Shown one piece after another: positions 52,791-64,000 of a DNA stretch of 64,000 nt. The DNA lies in assembly GCF_009914755.1 (NCBI RefSeq), contig NC_060927.1. One strand, 5' to 3'. Within the stretch, counting starts at the first letter, position 1, and each line of letters starts with the position of its first letter. The stretch is from the human T2T-CHM13v2.0 reference genome, Homo sapiens. The translations under genes were made by a program, and so were the position numbers. The notes under the pieces were generated by a model that was not told the DNA's origin, did not search any database, and worked only from the letters and a program-made list of their open reading frames with translations.

Positions 52791-53323
52791 AAGCCCTCAA
52801 GGAGGAAGAATAGTCTTAGCCAGTTTTCCAAAGAGCCTAGGATATTACAAAGGATGTGTGAGGATTTCCCAGTACTGGATGGAGAATGAGAAGAGAAAGT
52901 CAGCCTTTCTGGGGCTTTCATGGAGGAGACTTGCCCAAGGGGCTTCCCTGCCAGGGCTGAATGACCCCAGCACCAAATGACTGGAGACGCATCCTTAGGA
53001 GCAAATGCTAATGAAGGGGAGATTTACAAACATCAAGAAAGCTGCAGATGGATGTTTCCATGAAGAAATCTCTGAAGAAACCAAAAGAGCTGAAACTGAA
53101 AAAAGAGCTCCCTCCCTTTTTTCACTCATTTTCCATTCCCAAACCCTGAAAGAGATAAAGGCAACCCAATGAAACCACAGAGAGGCAGAAGAGAACGGGC
53201 AGAAGTACAGAACAGAAATGGAGAAGCTGACCACGACTCCATCTCTTCTCATTCCAGATTTCCAGCGTGAAGCAGGCCCAAGCTAGGGAAGGTGAGAAGC
53301 TTTAACCTTAAATTTTCGAGTTT

Positions 53324-53679
<356 letters not shown>

Positions 53680-54034
53680 TTATGACTGAAAGTGACTGGA
53701 GGACTGCTTTTTATCTGAGAGGGAGGTGAAAAGTCATAGTATCCACTTGAGATTTCATCCAAGGGGTGGGGAAGTTATCTCTGCAAAGCAGGTTTGAGCT
53801 GGCAAGGTGGAGTGCTCTCTGCTCACACCCTGTGGAATCCCACATTTTCAACTTGATGTTTAACAGAATGTCTCTGAAAGGATAAACAAGAAAATGATGA
53901 CAGTTTGCTCAAGGAGGGGATTGGCTAACAGGATATGAAGTCTTCTTACCATATACATTCTTGAACATTTTGAATTTTTAACCATGAGAATATATTTTCT
54001 ATTTAAAAAATTTACATTTAACATGAGCAAACTC

Positions 54035-54520
54035 TAGAAAGCAGCCTCTGAGATGGCCCACAAGGATCCCTGCATCCTGGTATCCCAAGCCCTTGTGTGA
54101 TCTACTCCGCTTGAGGGCGGGCTGGGGGTATTGAGGCTTTTCTAATGAACAGAATACAGAAGGCGTGATAGATGGGATGTCACTTTTGTGGCTTCTGTCT
54201 TGGGTGCTCGCTCTCTCTCTCTCTCTGGATTTCTCACTCTTGGGGAAGCCAGATTCTTTGTCTCCAGGCAGCCCTGTGGAGAGCCCCACATTAACTTGGA
54301 AATGGATCTTCTGACGCTGCCAACAGCCATGTAAGGAAACTTGAAGGTGCCTCAGCTCCAGCCCACAGCTTGATGGCAGCTCATGAGAGACCCTCAGCCA
54401 GAGGCCCCCAGCTAAGCCACTCTGGATTTCTGACCCACAGAAACTGTAAGATAATAAATGTGTGTTGTTTTCAGCCACTAAGTTTTGAAGTAATTTATTT
54501 CACAATAATGGAGTACTAAA
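54035..54520 (+). mobile_element. MaLR LTR (MLT1E/F-like)
   Basis: gcagcctctgagatggccc...tctgacccacagaaactgtaagataataaatgtgtgttgttttcagccactaagttttg. Confidence 0.8.
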
Positions 54521-55649
54521 ACAAACAAATTAAGTTGCATTTAGTAAACACAAATTGCATGCTACCCACATTCACTTTTTGATTTGGAAGGTGGGCTTTT
54601 GAAATCATTTTCCTATAAGCCTAATTTAGTTAAGCTTCCATTTCTTTCATTTTTACTAAGACAACAGGTTTTTCTTCTGACAAAAACTGTATGAAACCAT
54701 CACATGTATTTGTGAATTGTTACTTTACTCTCTTGGTCCCTTTGCTGAAAGAGAGACAGGGACAGACAGAAAATCCTCCCATATTTCAAAAATATGTCTT
54801 TTTTAAGTTATTTAAGATGGCAATAAGCCAATGAATAACGAGTGGCAAGATTTTTACTAAAAATAACTTGAAAAATGCTTCACTTCCTCTTTCCCTCTTT
54901 TTATTCATCTGATGCTCAGTGTACCGAAGAACTGTTTGGTCACGTGACATTTCACCTGCTATACTACCCAGCAAACAGAAGTTTCACAAAATGCCAGGTG
55001 TGAGTTACAGATGCTGTGGTGAGGGATAAAAAGAAATGCTTAATATTTTTAATGGCAAAGTGATAATGAGGTTCAATCACTATGATGACTTTTGAGTTTC
55101 GTATTGCTGCTAAATAAGTCCATTGAGTTGGTAATTGATTGATTTGCACAGATGTATCTCAATGTTGCTCTAAGGAAAATGTTCCGATATGCCATCTTGG
55201 CATGTACTATCACCAGAAAAAACCACTGTGCTTAATTTTAGGTCCATGCATTTAAAAAAGAACCAGAAGAACACATGTAAAGGAGGCCCTCCCCAGCTCT
55301 CAGTACTCTTCATTGTAAGAGAATAAAACTGAAATTGCTTGTCCCTACCAAGATTACCTTCTACCAAGATTGTCTTCTTCTAAAGACTCCTGGGTACGTT
55401 TTAACAAAAGGGACACTTTATGAACAGATTATTTTGGAGGGTGAGGATTTTTATTTACATTATCATCTAGAAATAGTTTTTAACTTTTTCTGAAATGCCA
55501 CTTGAGGCTTGAAGCATACTCTGTACTCTTTATGAATAAAAAACAAAGCAACAACAATGACAACTTCTCTCTTGTTGGAAAACCATCACAATAAAATTAT
55601 GTTTGATAAATAGGGAATTATGACTTATGAAATATGTTTAGACTGATTG

Positions 55650-57130
55650 AGTAAATATCCAGGCAATGGAGTACTATGCAGCTGTTTCCTTTAGGGAAGT
55701 ATTATAGCTATTAAGGAGAAATAATAGAATTTGAATATCACCATTATGCACCCCTAAAACATAAGCAATCTAGGCAGTAGTCATAAATGGCTGCTAACAT
55801 CTCGAAAAGAGAAATAACCAGACATCATGTGCCATCTGATGGAAATCCATGAAACCCCATATGAATGAAAGTCTTATAAAAAAAAAAAATTAACCTGAGT
55901 CGAAATAAACCTCTAGATCCAAAAACCAATTTACAGGAAATACAGGGAACAAAGGAACATGTTAAACATCACTGCAGTTATAAAAATAGTAAATATCCAA
56001 ATTATGGGGAACTATAGTAGAAATGACCTGATTTTCTCCAACAAATAAATGCAAGGGAATGGGAAAAGGAAAACCTGTAGATTAAAAGAAAGATACTTAA
56101 GATTCAAATAACCCAGATGTAAAAGTTTTGGAAATAGTGGTGATGGTTGCACAAAATTCTGAATATAATTAATACCACCAACTTGTATGTTAAAATTACA
56201 AATTTTATATATTTTTTACTAAAATAAAATTTTTTGAATTCAAATCACCCAATATAATCATGAAACTTATTTAAATCCTTTTTCAAATACATTGTAAAAA
56301 ATGAAACAATTAGGGAAATCTGAACACAATTTGGGATATTCAATGATATTAAAAATTACTGTTATTTGTTAAAAATATAGTATTGTGAGCTTTTTTAAAA
56401 GACTTCTTATTTTTTAAAAATATATACTGAAATATGTACAGATAAAATGATATATGGTATCTGGGATTAGATTTGATCCTGCCTCCAACCTAATAAATTA
56501 TCCTGCTATTATTTTATGGAGACTGGCAGAACACATGAGCCTCTTGGGTCAGAGACAAAGAACTTTATTACTCATGACACAGTAGCAGCATGAACATCAG
56601 CATATGTGTATTGGTTCCTTTTGCCCCTAGGTGCTACAAGAGCAATACAGAGGGGCCCAGAGGCTACCTGCCCATACAGTAGGTTTGCTTCACAGCTGAG
56701 GATCACAACTTGGGGAAACGACCAATTTTATAGCAAGCAGTAAGCAAGCCTGCTCTTTGTTCAGGGGTGATGATGGGTGTGGAAGGAAGGATTACCCATT
56801 TTTTAAGGTTACCAGCTACATAATCAACCTTGAGAAATGGTTCTGGTAAAAGAATAGTTAGAGCCTTGCAGTCTCTTGGTCCACCCAGCAAGATGTATAG
56901 AAACAAGAGTCCCAAAAAAGAGTATTTCTCCCAGTAATATCATGACAAGGATTTGCTTCCAAAAATCTGTTGAGTGGGTAGGGTGTAGGTAGATCACTGG
57001 GACTATGGGTGAAATAAGTTCAGTCATGAGTTGATACTTATTGAAGCTGGGTTTTGACTACATGAGGTTCACTATTCTATTCACTCTACTTTTGTATATA
57101 TTTGAGGTTTTCCATAATAAAAGTTTTAAA
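55650..57130 (+). mobile_element. L1MC4-like 3' end with nested MER74-like ERVL LTR (about 56500-56950, -)
   Basis: aaccagacatcatgtgccatctgatgg...tttacaggaaatacaggg; LTR gggtcagagacaaagaactttattactca. Confidence 0.6.
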
Positions 57131-57212
57131 AAATCTGTTTACTAAACAGCCAACATATAGCTATAAGAGTTATAGAATAAGTGTGGATACCAATGTTTAA
57201 AAAAGAGTATAG

Positions 57213-57376
<164 letters not shown>

Positions 57377-57800
57377 CTATATTTTTAAATACATGAAATT
57401 TTTTAAATTCCATTAAATTGTTTCCATTAGTTATTTAAAATATATGGAATATTTTACTCTGCCCACTAACACTAAAAATGTATTATACTTCAAGCAAATG
57501 CAGTTTCTCATTATGGTAAATATGTACACTGTTATTTTATTACAGATATATGAAAGATCTGTTTTATAGAGCGTTGCAGTCAATTTGCTGTACTTATCCA
57601 GCATATCCTCTGGAAAGGGAATCCTCTACATAAATCAACACAAGGTCCAAGGTCTCCGATATGTCTGATAATAGCCACAGGATGTCATTGTGCAGGTGTG
57701 AGAAACTCATCTCCTGAGTAAAGGAAATAGTTTACTTGAACATCATTGAATGCCATTTTGAAAAAATATGGATGCTTTTAGATTTTTTAACTACATATAC

Positions 57801-57831
57801 TTTTTTTTTTGAGACAGAGTCTCGCTCTGTC
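57801..57831 (-). mobile_element. 31-nt 5'-truncated Alu
   Basis: T10-gagacagagtctcgctctgtc; perfect TSD actacatatac at 57790-57800 and 57832-57842. Confidence 0.85.
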
Positions 57832-58063
57832 ACTACATATACATTTTAAACTACGTTTCTAAAATAGTTTACCTTCCTCTTTGGCTCATTTCCTAAGAGG
57901 TGACTTTATTTTGCTAGCTGGGATTACAAAAAGTTTATTAAACTGATTGTTGAATTAAATAGCTATTTGTTTCATAGTGCTAGAAGTTATTCTCATCAAA
58001 CAAAACAAAAGCATAAAACACTTGGTTACTGTAAAAAAAAAAATCTTACCACTTTTTAATATA

Positions 58064-58372
58064 CAGGCATACCTCAGAGATATCTGAGATTCAGTTCCAG
58101 ACCACTGCAATAAAGGAATTTTCTGGTTTCCCAGTGCATATAACAGTTATGTTTACACTATACCGTAGTTTAAGTGTACAATAGTATTATGTCTCTTGAA
58201 ATGTACTTACCTTAATTTAAAAACATCTTATTGCTTAAGAAAAAGCTAACAAAGTGAGCACATGCTGTTGGGAAAACAACGCCAATAGATTTACTCAACT
58301 CAGGGTTCCCACAAACCTTCCATTTGTAAAACATGCCATATCTGCAAAGCACAGTAAAATGAGGTATGTCGA
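58064..58372 (-). mobile_element. Internally deleted Tigger1
   Basis: TIRs caggcatacctc / gaggtatgtc with flanking TA; ttccagaccactgcaataaag. Confidence 0.85.
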
Positions 58373-58538
58373 TACTTTAGCCCTTAGTCCTTGGTAAGAG
58401 AGGAGAGACACACTATAATTTATAATTCTTCTAATTATTTTCAAACTATTTTGGAGAAACATCATGGGGATACTAACTTTTTTACAGTATAAAAGTAAGT
58501 TAATCATTCTGTAGTTCCTGGACTAATCCTCCTCTTTT

Positions 58539-61194
<2,656 letters not shown>

Positions 61195-61438
61195 CCTCCT
61201 CTTTTAATATATGCATTGTATTCATTCTCTTTTGAAGTATTCCACAGATTCTCAGAATCAGTTCTTCATTACGAGCTGTTCAACAATTCATTCACTCAGT
61301 AGATATTTACCAAGAATCTATGTGCCAGGCCTGGTGCTACAGGCTAAGGATAAAAAGGGAACACCACAGGCGCTACCTTGGCAGAGCTTATGATCCAGTA
61401 GATTTGTTGATTAGAGCGTTTATTATAAGCAGGTATAT

Positions 61439-61440
<2 letters not shown>

Positions 61441-61478
<38 letters not shown>
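61441..61478. repeat. (GT)n microsatellite
   Basis: About 19 uninterrupted GT units. Confidence 0.97.
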
Positions 61479-61480
<2 letters not shown>

Positions 61481-63769
61481 TTAGCTAACTCAAGTTGGAG
61501 GAGAAAGGGGTAAATACTAGATGACACTCAAGTCTTTTATCAGCCCATTCCCTGTAAGTCCCCTCTCAACATTCTAAGTTCTTTGTCATCTGAAAAGTAT
61601 TCAGCAATCTCAGATGTCCTTCTTTTTGTGCTCCTTTTTGGGGAATAGCTAGGTTTCCACACATTTTTTTCCCCACAGGTGTACTCCTACATAGAGAAAT
61701 AGCCTATTTCACTGCAGAAAGGGTGAGAAAGTTCCAAAAAAGGTAATAAACCAGCTGTTAACAGAACCTAAAAACCCCACTTCTTAACTGTACATCTTTC
61801 TGTCTGCCTCCTAAGAGTATGCCTTTGCCTTTGGAAACACAAAAAGAAAGAGAGTACGTCTCCCTTCTGGGGATCAGCAACCACTGCGGATGCTCCTGCA
61901 CTGGAGGCCTCCGTGCTCATAACCATTATGGGTCCTGCCATTGAACTGTTCTTACAGAAAGTGCTCTTCACTGGGTACCTTGAACCAATGTCAAAACCAA
62001 GCCTGTGCCACTAATGTGTGACACTGGGGGCTGTGGGCTACAAGGGGCCCATGTATCTGTGTCAGGAGAGAGAGGCCCCATGCAAAGCAAAATGTATAAT
62101 GAAGTCTGTTTAACGCAAAAGCTACCTAGGAAAATTCTCTCTGGAGCAAACGCCCAGAATTCCATCTGCAGCCTGACTAAAAGTACCTAGGAGAGAGAGT
62201 TGTGAAAGAGGAAGGAGAACAAAGAAGAAGGAGAATCAAGGGAGCTGTGACCCTAACTTATGGTCCAGCTTCTATCACCTGTGACAACAAAGCTAGGAAA
62301 ACTATGCTACCTACTACCCTAAGACATCCATCTTTTAAACTGAGTCCAACCACCAACATGAAAAACAATACTGACTCACCCCTCCACCCATATCGTCCAT
62401 TCTGGACCAGACCTTCTACCTTGGCTCACAGGAAAAGAGGAAAGTGTTGATGTGTGCCAAGTGGAGGAGAAGGGACTGTGCTTTGGACTCCCTCTTTCTA
62501 GTCACACCACCAGGGAAGATGCGTGCCCTCAGGAGACCACCTGGCAGATAGTCACCCATTTGGCTCCTGGTCCCTCCCCCTTTCCAGCCACTTTCTCCTG
62601 CTGAACCCATCTTGCAGTTCATCTCAATTAGGGCTCTGAGTTCTGTCTTTCCCAGACAAGCAAACTCACCCTAAAGAGTTTCGTCCAACGGGACCATCAT
62701 TCAATTCTTGCAAGTCTCACTAGTCTCACTCTGTGGAGGGCTATTTCTCCCTGTCGTAATGACCAGCTTGACAGTGGATGTATCTTCATCCCATGTCCTG
62801 CTTCTTGACTCCGAATCCCTTAGGCCATCATATTCTAAATTCAGAGTACCTCACCTCCTAAGCATTTCCTGTAACAGTAAGATATCCATACTTTAAGTTA
62901 TTCAATTTTCCTATAGTAATCATCTCAACCAGTCTCCTACTCACTGCCCCAAGGTCTCTAAGAATTTATGCAAATGACACTGGGGGACAAGGTCATAATC
63001 TCCCCTTTCCTCAAGGGCACAGGCCTCTTCAGACACACACTAGGATATGCTGTCTATGAGCTATATTTATAATATGGCATTGACATAGCCTTTCTCTTGC
63101 ATCTGCACTCCATCCTGCTGCTTCTCTGGACTTATCTCAATCCTCAAATTCTCTGTTTTAAGCCTAAGTCTTTACTCCACACTGTTGCAAAGCTATTTCG
63201 TTAATTTAACTGGACACATCACACAATATCTACCATTAGCCTTGTGTTATAAATCAGAAGCCTGTTTATCTTCTAAGGTAGACTCTGTCATTAGCTGCTT
63301 TGGATCATAGACTAAAAATAACATTCAACTGCTCTCTGAACCCTGCAAAGTGTAAAAACTAGAAATGTCTTTTTTTATATGGGCCAGGCTGATAACTTGC
63401 TAAAATGTCAACCTGTTCTTTGACATTTGTGTGAGTAATCCAACAGGTTCTGTGCAGGAAGCACAGTATTTGCTAGAGTTATTTCAAGTACAGTACAGCA
63501 CTTTGCTTTGATAATAGAACTCAGCTGCAGTCTTCTTTCACCTGTAAAACAGAGATTACAAGTGTTTACAGAAAGCGCTATTTGACAAATAATAAATGAG
63601 AACAGTTTCCTGATATTTTCAGGACTTCAATCACCATCCTGTAGTACAGCAACATTTTCTTTTCAGACACATATTTAGGTCCCCAAACACTGAATAAATA
63701 GAAATAGCTTCCTTCCAAACAGCAGAAGGAAAGTGTGTGTGTGTTTTTTTGTTTTGTGTGTGTGTGGTT

Positions 63770-64000
63770 TTTTGTTTTTTTTTACACAGAGTCTCACTCT
63801 GTCACCCAGGCTGGAGTGCAGTGGCGCTCACTGCAAGCTCCACCTCCCAGGCTCAAGAAATCCTCCCACCTCCCACCTCAGCCTCAAAAGTAGCTGGGAC
63901 CACAGGTATGCACCACCATGGCCCAGCTAATTTTTTCATTTTTTTGTGGAGAAGGGGTTTCCCCATGTTACCCAGGCTGGTCTCAAAACCCTGGGCTCAA
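63770..64000 (-). mobile_element. AluJ (runs off window end)
   Basis: Diverged Alu, ctcccaggctcaag. Confidence 0.9.

Noticed and set aside
53999-54478. 159-aa minus-strand ORF
   Set aside because: Lies almost entirely within the MLT1 LTR.

Overview
Primate (human-like, very Alu-rich) genomic DNA. It contains the whole SAMD7 gene on the + strand, recognised from its protein sequence: a photoreceptor SAM-domain, Polycomb-associated repressor, placed on chr3q26 from memory. Seven coding exons (33779-52790) with GT-AG introns join into a 1341-nt, 446-aa ORF. Two 5'-UTR exons are inferred (ending 26086; 29632-29706). There are three disabled processed pseudogenes: KRT18 (-, inside an old L1), FAM20B (+, in SAMD7 intron 7) and FHL1 (-, downstream). 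The rest is about 38 Alus plus L1, L2, MIR, MaLR/ERVL LTRs and Tigger/hAT relics. I see no new multi-gene system; almost all ORF-track entries are Alu, L1 or pseudogene read-through. The most interesting signals are how transposons may wire SAMD7. An LTR-donated 5'-UTR exon creates a strong-Kozak uORF only when included. An MLT1 LTR holds the first canonical poly(A) signal after the stop codon. A poly(A)-tailed MER41 fragment lies in intron 5. AG|GT re-splicing-type junctions flank the SAM exons. An intron-1 cluster carries CRX, NRL and DR3 motifs. A CpG-rich 90-bp orphan insert sits in a MER63. Repeat subfamily names and repeat boundaries were assigned by eye and are approximate.
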